A stretch of 64,000 nucleotides of DNA, taken from contig JAGLNJ010000051.1 in the NCBI GenBank assembly GCA_023139575.1, positions 5,926 through 69,925 on the forward strand, in the 5' to 3' direction. The first letter of the stretch is position 1, and the number at the start of each line of letters is the position of its first letter. Shown in pieces: positions 8,902-18,100 of this stretch. The notes below the pieces were generated by a model. That model had not been told where the DNA came from, searched no databases, and saw only the letters and a list, made by a program, of their open reading frames with translations. The position numbers and the translations under genes are program-made. The DNA comes from Candidatus Omnitrophota bacterium. Its GTDB lineage: Bacteria > Omnitrophota > Gorgyraeia > Zapsychrales > JANLHA01.

Positions 8902-11900
8902 TTAATTGGCGCCGGACAAAAACGCCCCGTCACACGGCACAAATTTTAACCGCATGCCTTGGTTTGCGTATAACATAGAATCACCAACACTCCTTGTCAC
9001 CAAATAGCCAAGCTCACCCATTTCACCCTCATCAAAGAAATACGCCGCGCAACTTTCCTCTACTACCCCGTGAGGCAACAAGTGCTCATGCACATAATTC
9101 CAACAATTAATATACTCAAGCTTTGAAAAACCCAGAGCCATTACCCCCCACTGAGCATCCGTTATAGCATGCGGGAAAGTGGCAATAGAATATTTGCTAT
9201 AATTTAACATAAACGCATAGCCCCACTCTGACCCATCAAGTAATTGTAACGGCCGGCACGCTCCTTCGACGCCAGCAACCTCCCCAGCTGAAAGTTCATC
9301 CGCTGCGGGATTATAATCACGAATCTCCCATAAATCTGAGTCGTCTGGAAACGTGATTACTCCTTGCACCTCTTCCGATTCATCAAACCGGATAACGCGC
9401 ACCTTTACCATACCCTCTGTGGAAACCAATTCATAACAACGGCTCGTCCCCCAATCCTTCGTGTAACTATCCACACGCGGCCACTCGGGATCCGGGCCAC
9501 CAACAGAATCAGGCCCTCCCTCAACAGGCCAATAACCGCAGGCATTATTACACCGTCCGGGAGCCCTTACCTCAACCTTGACAGCATGCCAGAAACCTTT
9601 GGAGCTTCCGTCTGCGCGCAACTCATCATCTTCCAGATCTTCGTCCTGCCACACATAAACGACGACAGATGCCGTTCCTTTTGTGTCCTCATAATTAAAG
9701 CGCGCTTGCACCATGGTTTCCATCGGAGAGTCCTGATCAAAAGGCGCGGGTGACGCCGTATTAAAAGGACTGTTTCCGTCAAGAAAGGCCGTAAAATGCT
9801 TCCATCCGTCATGCAAAATAAGCATGGCCCTTAAAGCTTCTTTCAATCTCGCTTGCAGGAACAGAAATCGTTTTTTAAATTTTGCCACCTGATTTTCCGC
9901 GTTTTTCATACAAGCTTCTGCTGTAGCCAAAAAAGCTCCCGAAGGATTAAAGGATCCTTGTGTCAGTTCCAAGCTCTCCACCAAAGAATCATACCATGTT
10001 GAATCATGCCATAAGGCTACTTCGGCGGCGGTAAACTCAGGCTCAGCAATCAGCCAAGCGCAACTAAAATAATTTTCCGGCAAAACCGTTTCCTCTTCAT
10101 AAGGCTGATCCCAAATCGGAAGCAAATAAGGATAATCAAAGGCCCAGCCGAAAGGCATCGCGGCCGGAGAGCAAAGAGTGATGCAGTCTGCGATCGCCGC
10201 CGGGTCTGGCGGTGGAACCATAAGATCCGGGGTGATATTGAAACATGCGTCAAAGGCAGCTTCATGTGCCGGGTCCGCGGGCCACTGCCATGCAGGCAGC
10301 GTAACAAGCAGCCCGGCCGAAGTGCGGTACTCCTGGGGCAACACTGAATTATTACAATTAGCCCTGCACTCCGCCATATTTGCCGAATTATAGCAAGTAT
10401 CAAACAACGCGCTTGCGACAGGATCCGGTGTTAGTTCATTAAAGTCCGGATCAGTCGCATCTCTTGCAACCAAGACCGCCGGACGGAAAGAGGCGTCACC
10501 CATAGACGGAAGAGGCGTGCCGGGAAAAGTATGGCAACTCCCTAAATTATAAGGCGGTTGTGTCATGGTTAGAGCATTTGTTACCGCATCAAAAAAGATC
10601 GTGTTATACAGTGGATCTGATGGATCATGAAACCAGGCACAACTACCCGGCTCAAGTGACGGTGGTGGTGGATCCTCAAAAACAGGCGGCACAAAGGCCG
10701 GCAATCCGGCACAATAATAATTACATTCAATAACATCCGCTGACACCAGGCATCTCATTATCTCTTCCGACGCTCCCGCGTTGCCGAAATCCATCCCCTG
10801 GAAGAGAATGGCGTCCGCCCCGGGAACCAGACACCGCGGCAATAACAAACAGGCCTCTGCCGCTCCGGCAGAATCCCCGGAAAAAAGAGCGTCAAAACAT
10901 CTTTGAAACTTCTGAGCATTTCCGATCGCGGGCGCGAGACCGCTTAGAGGGTATGTTCTTTCATCATTGACCTGCCAATTCAAACAGCTGACCACATCAA
11001 ACAGGTCTCCTCGAGACGGCTGATCAAACTCATCTGTAACGCTTCTTGTAAACATGGTCGGATCTATTTCGTTATAAACGGCCGCGGGAAAATCATCAAA
11101 AATCCAGTCACCCGCAGCAGGAACATAGTTAAAGCTGTCCGCTTCACCAAGAACAAACCCTATCGTCGGCGTTACATAAGGACATTCATTGACCCCATAT
11201 TCATTGGGGGCTGCTTGTTCCGGCGGGACGCACCAAACATCCATCTCGTTGCAACTGTCGGCAACATAGGGATTCGGCAGCACACCAATACCAAGGTCTT
11301 TAGTGTCCATACCTGCGGGATAAAAGCCCGGATGAGGAAATCCTTCATTAACTCCCATGCCATAAGGAGGGGAAAGATCAAAAGGCGGTGCTTGAGCATA
11401 AATCCAATAAAATATCCTCCACCAAAAACGATATATCTCATAACGCCATACCCATAACGTCCCATCATTTCCTTTTACAAAACTAAAAGGACATGCCCCT
11501 CCCTTAGCTCCCATATCCTCATCCAGGCGCTCTCCTGTATTAACATTTACACAAGGAGCCTCAAGCCAAGAGGATGCTATTTTATACCATTCCTTAGTTG
11601 TTTTTACCAATGCCCGTAAATTCTGGTCCAAAAGTGTTTCTGCATAAGAATAAAATTCACTTAAACCATAGACGATTTCGTCCAAAGAGTCTTCTGGATA
11701 CTCGGCTGGATCAGTCCCTCCGACCCCGCAATCACATGTATACGGCACATCCTGCAGATAAGGAAATCTAAGCCTCCTCTCTTGAGAATACGGGTCTGTG
11801 TGGTCTTCCCATGACGCGTCATCATAACACGCTCGATGTTTCGGGCAGTTTCCTTCATAAGGATACACATCCGAACAGAAACGATCCGCCCCCCTCTTCC

Positions 11901-13716
11901 ATCCCCCCTCACCTAAAGGATCCGCAGCGCAAGTGTCATCGTCGGCAATTAACCCTGCCGGCATCGGGACCTTATCCGCCAGCTGAGGAGGGTCACCCGC
12001 AGCGCCGGTATTGGCTTCGTCCAAACACCAATCGCCGCTGAAAGGAGCGTCACCTAAAATGTTAGGAAGTTCAAGCCGACTATTAATTCCATCGTGATCA
12101 TCATCGGCCATTTCCGGATATATATCAGCTAAAATACATGGCACCCCCGATCTTACATCACAATAAACACATTGATCATCAGTGTAATCTAAATATAATG
12201 GGGACAATTCTGTGCCCCAATCGGCAATTTTATGAAAAAGCTGAAAAATCCCTCCAGCAGGATAATTGTCGTTCAAAAGTCCCGGGCGCAAATCATAATT
12301 CATGGCATAAATCGGTGTTTTGTAATAACCCGAGACGTCATCTAATCTAAAAAGGCCTTCAATGGAACTCCCGACCGTGCTTTCCTGCCGTGTCAAACGC
12401 AGCCTGTCAGGATTGGCCGCATCAAAATAAGCCGGGTCTGTCGGGTTATAACGATAGAGATGGTGCTCATCATCCCGCCCCAGCAACTCTCTAAACGAAT
12501 AAAATCCATTAGTATGGTCTTCATATGCCGAATCGTAAATCTCTTCATATATTTCTCCGGCTTTATCATACGGCGTATTAGCCACACAAAGAGCCGGGTT
12601 CCCGCAAGGGTATTGCGGATCTCCAGGATCGTTACAGCAAGGCGGCATCACCGGAAGATTCTCTTCTCTGCCGTCGAATATAAGCACCCCCAAAATATCT
12701 ACACCAAAATCAGACACACAGCACGGATTACATTCTGAAGGCATGTCCAAAGGGAAGTCCGCAGGGAGGGATGGAAAGTTTCCCGGGCAGCACGGGTGTA
12801 TACCTGCCGAGGTAACACAATCTACCGGGTCTAAGAGTCCCCAGGTAGAAAACTGAGCGTTAAGATCATTACACAAGGCCACGTTCATGCCACTACTCCC
12901 ACAGTCAATATTGCATTTACCCGGATCCGCGTAAAGAAAACATGCCATGGATTGCTGAAAAAACTGAATAGCGTTAACCGGCGGGGCAATTATTGTTCGC
13001 AGTCGGTCTGTATAATAATAGGCAAACCGGGAAACATAATCACTGGCTTCATTCCTGGCAATGGCCGCATTCGTCTCCCAGTTAAGATCCTGATCAATAT
13101 CATGGAGGTCTGGAAAATAAACCTGATCCGTAATCGAATTCTGCAGCCCCATCAAAATCCCCCGCTCAATGAGCATGTCTTCAATAGAAAGGGCTTCTGC
13201 CATCATTTTATTCCATAGAGTCGTAATCCCGGGCTGCACAATTGTTAGTTGGACAACTAAAGAAGCCACAGACAAGATTAGAGCAAGACCCAAACAGACC
13301 AACTTCAGGGCAACGAAAGTCGCTGTCCCCGCGGAGGCGATAGTGATTATTATCGCAATAATGACAATGACAATCGTAAAGATGGCTTTTAAAACACCCG
13401 TCATGCCGCAAATACGCTGACGGCCCCCTAAAACTTCTTGAAATATTCTTTCCCCGTAGCTGGCCATTAAAGAAACCATATGCCCGGCAGATGCATTCGC
13501 CGCCATAACCGCAATGGTCTTGGTCCGTGAAACTCTCCCCATATTCATTACAGCCGCATAAATAATAAGAGCCAGGGCGGCTATAAGAATAAGAACAACG
13601 CCGACTTGGCCAGAGGTGTTTTTTAAAGAAGTTCTGTTTTTTTCTGAAAAGGAAAAAACGCTGTTTTTCCTGAAAACGTTTTGAATATTTTTTCGCAATA
13701 ATCTAAACATTAACAA
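8902..13716 (-). CDS. Giant (1604 aa) cysteine/proline/aspartate-rich TadG-like pilus-associated protein; putative pilus tip or adhesin
   Basis: N-terminus SGQVGVVLILIAALALIIYAAVMNMGRV resembles the Tad N-terminal (TadE/G-like) membrane domain. Two further TM helices follow, then a huge extracytoplasmic region with many CC/CxC motifs (HPCCPGNFP, CNPCCVSDFG, PPCCNDPGDPQYPCGNPALC) and D/P/Y/W-rich segments. It sits inside the tad operon. Confidence 0.6.
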   Translation of the reverse strand: MLMFRLLRKNIQNVFRKNSVFSFSEKNRTSLKNTSGQVGVVLILIAALALIIYAAVMNMGRVSRTKTIAVMAANASAGHMVSLMASYGERIFQEVLGGRQRICGMTGVLKAIFTIVIVIIAIIITIASAGTATFVALKLVCLGLALILSVASLVVQLTIVQPGITTLWNKMMAEALSIEDMLIERGILMGLQNSITDQVYFPDLHDIDQDLNWETNAAIARNEASDYVSRFAYYYTDRLRTIIAPPVNAIQFFQQSMACFLYADPGKCNIDCGSSGMNVALCNDLNAQFSTWGLLDPVDCVTSAGIHPCCPGNFPSLPADFPLDMPSECNPCCVSDFGVDILGVLIFDGREENLPVMPPCCNDPGDPQYPCGNPALCVANTPYDKAGEIYEEIYDSAYEDHTNGFYSFRELLGRDDEHHLYRYNPTDPAYFDAANPDRLRLTRQESTVGSSIEGLFRLDDVSGYYKTPIYAMNYDLRPGLLNDNYPAGGIFQLFHKIADWGTELSPLYLDYTDDQCVYCDVRSGVPCILADIYPEMADDDHDGINSRLELPNILGDAPFSGDWCLDEANTGAAGDPPQLADKVPMPAGLIADDDTCAADPLGEGGWKRGADRFCSDVYPYEGNCPKHRACYDDASWEDHTDPYSQERRLRFPYLQDVPYTCDCGVGGTDPAEYPEDSLDEIVYGLSEFYSYAETLLDQNLRALVKTTKEWYKIASSWLEAPCVNVNTGERLDEDMGAKGGACPFSFVKGNDGTLWVWRYEIYRFWWRIFYWIYAQAPPFDLSPPYGMGVNEGFPHPGFYPAGMDTKDLGIGVLPNPYVADSCNEMDVWCVPPEQAAPNEYGVNECPYVTPTIGFVLGEADSFNYVPAAGDWIFDDFPAAVYNEIDPTMFTRSVTDEFDQPSRGDLFDVVSCLNWQVNDERTYPLSGLAPAIGNAQKFQRCFDALFSGDSAGAAEACLLLPRCLVPGADAILFQGMDFGNAGASEEIMRCLVSADVIECNYYCAGLPAFVPPVFEDPPPPSLEPGSCAWFHDPSDPLYNTIFFDAVTNALTMTQPPYNLGSCHTFPGTPLPSMGDASFRPAVLVARDATDPDFNELTPDPVASALFDTCYNSANMAECRANCNNSVLPQEYRTSAGLLVTLPAWQWPADPAHEAAFDACFNITPDLMVPPPDPAAIADCITLCSPAAMPFGWAFDYPYLLPIWDQPYEEETVLPENYFSCAWLIAEPEFTAAEVALWHDSTWYDSLVESLELTQGSFNPSGAFLATAEACMKNAENQVAKFKKRFLFLQARLKEALRAMLILHDGWKHFTAFLDGNSPFNTASPAPFDQDSPMETMVQARFNYEDTKGTASVVVYVWQDEDLEDDELRADGSSKGFWHAVKVEVRAPGRCNNACGYWPVEGGPDSVGGPDPEWPRVDSYTKDWGTSRCYELVSTEGMVKVRVIRFDESEEVQGVITFPDDSDLWEIRDYNPAADELSAGEVAGVEGACRPLQLLDGSEWGYAFMLNYSKYSIATFPHAITDAQWGVMALGFSKLEYINCWNYVHEHLLPHGVVEESCAAYFFDEGEMGELGYLVTRSVGDSMLYANQGMRLKFVPCDGAFLSGAN

Positions 13717-13727
13717 ACCTTATTTTA

Positions 13728-14039
13728 TTAATCATAAGGACGGTCCTTTTGAAAAATTTCGCTTCTCACGCTCGGTTGAAAGGGCGCTGTTCCTCCCTTA
13801 TAAAAACGCGGACGCAGTTGATAAAGGATGCCGTCATAACTTGCCGGAACATCTTCTATTAAACCATCTCGATGCGCCGCCAACCTTCCGATCAAGTCCT
13901 TGCCCGACCATACAAAAAGTCTGATCGTTCCCAAAATGATCAAAACCGTTCCGAACAAGCTAAAACACAATTCTAAGGCAACCTGTGCCTTATTGCGACA
14001 TCGCTGTTCCTTTTTTCTTCTAAACAAAAAAATACGCAT
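13728..14039 (-). CDS. TadE-like pseudopilin (103 aa)
   Basis: N-terminus KAQVALELCFSLFGTVLIILGTIRLFVW matches the TadE-type N-terminal hydrophobic segment; small size; lies in the tad operon. Confidence 0.5.
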   Translation of the reverse strand: MRIFLFRRKKEQRCRNKAQVALELCFSLFGTVLIILGTIRLFVWSGKDLIGRLAAHRDGLIEDVPASYDGILYQLRPRFYKGGTAPFQPSVRSEIFQKDRPYD

Positions 14040-14048
14040 TCCGTCTCC

Positions 14049-15587
14049 TTACAAATTAGAGCCAGGCACTCTTGTAATCCATTGATGCCCCCGCTGATCA
14101 TGCACGCGGGAACGGACAACCAACAACATCGTTTCCAGATCAAGACACGTTAATTCAACGTTGGAGCCTTCATAACAATTGCCGCAAACCTCAACCGGGT
14201 TGGTCATGCCGAAAACACCATGAATAGTCGCAAAAGGAAGCCCTCCTGCCCCATATATAATAGTTTCGTCGGCTTCTTCCCAATTTACAGGAACACCGTT
14301 ACGGCAAAACCTCCCGGTATCGTTAGTTATTTTAAAAATCCTCTCTATAATATCAAGATTCTCCTGAATTAAAGTATGGCGTGTTTGACTGTTTTCCAAC
14401 TCATAAGCATTCGTTAACGCGCTTCCGTCTCCTTCAAGGCCGGTAAAAGAATACATTGTCATATCTGGCAGAAGACCAATCTTAATATAGGTTTGGGCAG
14501 GGTTTCGCAGCAAGAATATCTTAAGATCCATATCATCTTCGGCATTGTTTAAATCACCTTCTTGAGAATCCATAACTCTCAATTTTGTAACAACCCCATA
14601 TTGATCCGTTGACCAGTCAACAATACTTTCTTCTCTCAGATCCCCATCAACATCTATCAGTGTGTTAATCTGTTCGTCAGGTAATATCCCTCTTATCCCT
14701 TTATAAAAAGAGTCATCGAAAAACACATTTTTGTACTTCTTAAACTTGTCGTGGTTAACACCGGCCACCGGCATCCATTGCCATGCAAATTTACTTCGGG
14801 CAGCCGCAGTGGCTACATCAGGGGCACCGCCGCTAAAGTCCAAATCAAAACGATTCACTTCGCCAGCTTTAAAATCGTAAGGCTGGCTTTGATTGGCGAG
14901 CCTAGCAAAAAATATTGTACAGCCGACAATGCCAACACCGGGAAGAAACATGCATTGCGACTTATAACACGTACCATGAGGCGCTATGCTTTCCAAAGCA
15001 GGAACTGCAGCGTAATACGGGCTGCATTCCTGGAGGTTAACAACTCTTGTTCCTCCCGACCAGGTGTCCTGCCAGCTCACAGCGGCATTACCCGTGCCGG
15101 AAGGATAATTATAGCGGCGAAAAGCGGATAATGTAAATGGAAAACGCTGCCCGTTTATAAAAATATCCTGAACGGGAAGATTCCAATGCTCACAAATACC
15201 GTTTTCATTTGGGCATTCTACAGGATAAAACATAGCTTTAGTAAACGACGCGCTAGCTGATGCGACAAAAGGAATCCTGTCCCGAGTGCCTGTGGGTTGG
15301 GAAGCATCTGCCGACAACCTGTCTTCCAAAACCAATACTGACGCCGTATTCCGAGCTGCAGACGTCTGATAGGTTATGGTTCCATAGTTATATTTACCTT
15401 CTCCCGTGCGAAAAGACTCAATCATAGCCAGACGCATCGTCTTCAGGCTCTGATTCATCATTGAGCTGGACTGCAGGGCAGCCTTCACGATGAGCCCAAT
15501 AATAAAAATAACAATGGCTCCGAAAATGGCTAATTCGGTAGCTGATTGTGCTAATCTCAATTTTTTTTTCTTTGGGCTATTCAACAT
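14049..15587 (-). CDS. TadG/TadE-like large pseudopilin (512 aa)
   Basis: N-terminus KKKLRLAQSATELAIFGAIVIFIIGLIV (class-III-like A-Q-S-x-x-E-L plus a TM helix), followed by a large Cys-containing soluble domain. It lies immediately downstream of the pilin array. Confidence 0.55.
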   Translation of the reverse strand: MLNSPKKKKLRLAQSATELAIFGAIVIFIIGLIVKAALQSSSMMNQSLKTMRLAMIESFRTGEGKYNYGTITYQTSAARNTASVLVLEDRLSADASQPTGTRDRIPFVASASASFTKAMFYPVECPNENGICEHWNLPVQDIFINGQRFPFTLSAFRRYNYPSGTGNAAVSWQDTWSGGTRVVNLQECSPYYAAVPALESIAPHGTCYKSQCMFLPGVGIVGCTIFFARLANQSQPYDFKAGEVNRFDLDFSGGAPDVATAAARSKFAWQWMPVAGVNHDKFKKYKNVFFDDSFYKGIRGILPDEQINTLIDVDGDLREESIVDWSTDQYGVVTKLRVMDSQEGDLNNAEDDMDLKIFLLRNPAQTYIKIGLLPDMTMYSFTGLEGDGSALTNAYELENSQTRHTLIQENLDIIERIFKITNDTGRFCRNGVPVNWEEADETIIYGAGGLPFATIHGVFGMTNPVEVCGNCYEGSNVELTCLDLETMLLVVRSRVHDQRGHQWITRVPGSNL

Positions 15588-15614
15588 TTTTATATTAACT
15601 TCTCGGGTTGCTCT

Positions 15615-15944
15615 TTATGGAATTAACGATACGGATCCTGCCACGGACTGTGTCATATTCGCCGTATCAAGACGCAAAGTCCAATATCCCGGCTCGCTGT
15701 TAACAAGGTCTGGAACTGCTTCCGTATATGTTGTCGAATTGCCGGTCGTCGAATACGTCACCGCACCATTCATAAGCTCAGGATCATATTGATCGCCTAT
15801 CCCGTCAACGGCATCGCGCCACCTTCCCTGAATCCCTCTTTTAAAATAAATGCCGCCGACAAAAACAGCGGCCACAATAATCGTTGTCAACACAATATAC
15901 TCTGAAGCGCTTTGTCCCATCTTTTTTTTCATTCTAATGAGCAT
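15615..15944 (-). CDS. Flp-type prepilin paralog 7 (109 aa)
   Basis: MKKKMGQSASEYIVLTTIIVAAVFVGGI carries the G/QSxxEY class-III signal plus a TM helix. YFKRGIQGRWRDAVDGIGDQYDP is shared with paralog 4 and the 170-aa Cys-rich protein. RBS GGTGG lies upstream of the ATG at 15944. Confidence 0.7.
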   Translation of the reverse strand: MLIRMKKKMGQSASEYIVLTTIIVAAVFVGGIYFKRGIQGRWRDAVDGIGDQYDPELMNGAVTYSTTGNSTTYTEAVPDLVNSEPGYWTLRLDTANMTQSVAGSVSLIP

Positions 15945-15967
15945 TTTCCACCTTCTTTTTTCACCCT

Positions 15968-16318
15968 TTATAACGGATCCTTCTCGAGAAACCCCAAATT
16001 AGCATGCGTTTCTGTCATAACACTCTGCCCACGCATAATTGAATAAGTAGTCTCTCCCATATCTTCTGCTTTCGTTTTTGAGTCACTTAGCTGAATTTGC
16101 GCCGTTGAGTTAATCACTATCCCCATTTTTCCGCCAAGCTGTTCCGCCTCTTCTTGATTTCCCACTTGATCTGACATCATTTTTACCATGGCCTGCGCCG
16201 TTCTCTTGACCATTGGAGTCATAACCATTCCTATAGAAAATATAACGCCCAGCAAAAAGGTATATTCCAAAACTGTTTGCGCTTTTTTCTTTGATTGTTT
16301 GTTTTTGTATCTTATCAT
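15968..16318 (-). CDS. Flp-type prepilin paralog 6 (116 aa)
   Basis: KKKAQTVLEYTFLLGVIFSIGMVM; A at -1 of the putative cleavage site; hydrophobic helix. Confidence 0.6.
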   Translation of the reverse strand: MIRYKNKQSKKKAQTVLEYTFLLGVIFSIGMVMTPMVKRTAQAMVKMMSDQVGNQEEAEQLGGKMGIVINSTAQIQLSDSKTKAEDMGETTYSIMRGQSVMTETHANLGFLEKDPL

Positions 16319-16326
16319 AAATATAT

Positions 16327-16698
16327 TTAGTTAGCATACTTGGGCGCCAACTGATTAGTAAAAGTGTCCGTAGTTGAAGTGTGATCTATTTCAAAACGAA
16401 ACTCTTCAGCCAAGGTCGGAAACTGCTTTCGAATTATGTTACTTGCAACAACCCTCCTTGCCATTTGATTAACATAATATGGTTCGTATGAAAAATATCC
16501 AACTCCCTGGTAGTCGTCGCTGTCAAACTCCTCTTTTACTTCCTTGACCATGAAGAGGCGGACATCCCGTATTTTAGACTGAACAGCGCGGCGAAAATAT
16601 GTCGCCATAGACATAATAATGGCAACCACGAGAAAAAACATAATAGAATGTTGTATGGCCAAGCTTTGTCCGTTTTTATTTTTCAGTTGTTTAAGCAT
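16327..16698 (-). CDS. Flp/TadE-like pilin paralog 5 (123 aa, degenerate signal lacking Glu+5)
   Basis: NKNGQSLAIQHSIMFFLVVAIIMSMATYFRRAVQSKIR has G-Q-S but Q instead of E at +5; no obvious SD. Confidence 0.5.
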   Translation of the reverse strand: MLKQLKNKNGQSLAIQHSIMFFLVVAIIMSMATYFRRAVQSKIRDVRLFMVKEVKEEFDSDDYQGVGYFSYEPYYVNQMARRVVASNIIRKQFPTLAEEFRFEIDHTSTTDTFTNQLAPKYAN

Positions 16699-16764
16699 TA
16701 ATCTATAAATATTAGTATGAATATTAAATAATTAAAATAGAAAATTTGCTCTACCTCACAAAAT

Positions 16765-16807
16765 AAAGAATGGCTTACCTAAAATTCCCTCAAGTAAGCC
16801 ATTCTTT
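16765..16807 (-). terminator. Perfect 14-bp inverted repeat (intra-cluster hairpin/attenuator) between pilin paralogs 4 and 5
   Basis: AAAGAATGGCTTAC-N15-GTAAGCCATTCTTT. On the minus strand it is followed by ATTTTGTG, in the 156-nt gap between the pilin-4 stop and the pilin-5 start. Confidence 0.45.
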
Positions 16808-16853
16808 ATTTAACACATTAAACATTCCTTTTACTTAAACTAGGGCGATGAAA

Positions 16854-17174
16854 TTATCCCCAGAAAGGTTGCTCAGCGTTAATAATTTCCTGATTTGATG
16901 TAACTGTTGTAATCTCATCGGCTAGCAAAACTGATGAAGTTACTCCATCCTGAAACGTTTCTTGCGTACTTGCCGATGTAATTGTCATTTTAATTACATT
17001 TGTGTTTCCCGGAGCATACTGATCCCCGATGTCATCAGTAGCGCTACGCATACGACCTTGAATACCTCTTTTAATATAAACCTGTATAGATAAAAGAGCG
17101 CCTATCACGATGATAATCAAAACAGCATATTCGAGAGTGCTTTGCCCTTTCATCTTTCTTAAAAATTTAAACAT
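16854..17174 (-). CDS. Flp-type prepilin paralog 4 (106 aa from the ATG at 17174)
   Basis: MFKFLRKMKGQSTLEYAVLIIIVIGALLSI plus YIKRGIQGRMRSATDDIGDQYAP. AAGGAGG RBS lies 8 nt upstream of the ATG at 17174, while the ORF track starts 10 codons earlier. Confidence 0.7.
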   Translation of the reverse strand: MFKFLRKMKGQSTLEYAVLIIIVIGALLSIQVYIKRGIQGRMRSATDDIGDQYAPGNTNVIKMTITSASTQETFQDGVTSSVLLADEITTVTSNQEIINAEQPFWG

Positions 17175-17233
17175 TGATATATCCTCCTTATCAAATATTA
17201 GCATTTTAACGCTTTACCTAGCAAAGACTCACC

Positions 17234-17611
17234 TTAAATACCGTCAATCAAGCCGAGAGTCGTATCATACTGTGATACCTGAGAACCGCCAGTTCCACGA
17301 GTTCTGGTGTCATCGACGTTGTAAGCGATCATCGCCGAAAGATCAGCTCTTTGCTTTTGCAGTTCTGATTCGGTACTTGCCGTGGTAACAGCATAATTTG
17401 TTTCCAAGTAATACGGTTCGTATTGGTTAGTAGTGTCTCCGAGACCTGCTGTTTCGTTCGTTAAATATGTAGAAGCAGCGCGAATTCTGGCTTGGAGAGT
17501 TCTTTGCGCATAAGTCTGCATAGCAATTACAGCCGCGACGACCAAAGAAATCAAAAGGGCGTATTCAGCTGTCTGCTGTGCTTTTTTATTTTTAATGATT
17601 CTTTTTAACAT
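17234..17611 (-). CDS. Flp-type prepilin paralog 3 (125 aa)
   Basis: MLKRIIKNKKAQQTAEYALLISLVVAAVIAM; GGAGGT RBS upstream of the ATG at 17611. Confidence 0.65.
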   Translation of the reverse strand: MLKRIIKNKKAQQTAEYALLISLVVAAVIAMQTYAQRTLQARIRAASTYLTNETAGLGDTTNQYEPYYLETNYAVTTASTESELQKQRADLSAMIAYNVDDTRTRGTGGSQVSQYDTTLGLIDGI

Positions 17612-17667
17612 TTATTGTACCTCCGTAAACGTTATTTATAGTCTATCTTCATTTTTGTTAACTCCCA

Positions 17668-17874
17668 TTATGGAGCGACTGGACGGGAATCTGACAAGCG
17701 CTGAGCCATATCATCCATGTCATCTGTGCTGTCCGTCAGTGTCGTTTGAAGCTGTGTTTGGAAAAGTCCACCCGGACCTAAGAAAACAATAAGAATGGCA
17801 ACAACACCAGCTACAAGAATGATGTACTCTAAGGTGCTCTGCCCTTTTTCCCTTCTGTTAAGCTTTTGTAACAT
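17668..17874 (-). CDS. Flp-type prepilin paralog 2 (68 aa from the ATG at 17874)
   Basis: MLQKLNRREKGQSTLEYIILVAGVVAILIVFLG; AAGGAGG RBS upstream of 17874. The ORF track extends to 17934, but that 5' extension has no RBS. Confidence 0.7.
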   Translation of the reverse strand: MLQKLNRREKGQSTLEYIILVAGVVAILIVFLGPGGLFQTQLQTTLTDSTDDMDDMAQRLSDSRPVAP

Positions 17875-17935
17875 TATATTTTCCTCCTTACTTACTAAGT
17901 CTTTCTGCTTTTTTAGGCGTTTCCAAAAAAACACC

Positions 17936-18100
17936 TTAATTTGCGCGAAATCCTTTTTGAATTACCTGTTGAGTTGCTTGAACTGAACGAAACACGTAAG
18001 TACTCATTGCCATCATGGCAGCGGCAATTACAGCAACGACGAGAGCGTATTCGATAAAATTTTGACCTGCTTTACTTTTAATTTTCTTTATAAGCCTCAT
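17936..18100 (-). CDS. Flp-type prepilin paralog 1 (54 aa from the ATG at 18100; classic short Flp)
   Basis: MRLIKKIKSKAGQNFIEYALVVAVIAAAMMAMSTYVF; GAAGGTG RBS 3 nt upstream of the ATG at 18100. The track ORF extends to 18148. Confidence 0.7.
   Translation of the reverse strand: MRLIKKIKSKAGQNFIEYALVVAVIAAAMMAMSTYVFRSVQATQQVIQKGFRAN

Noticed and set aside
9364-13420. Numerous 60-130 aa ORFs on both strands inside 8902-13716
   Set aside because: They are nested inside the 1604-aa ORF. They have Arg/His-rich or low-complexity translations typical of off-frame GC-rich coding DNA.
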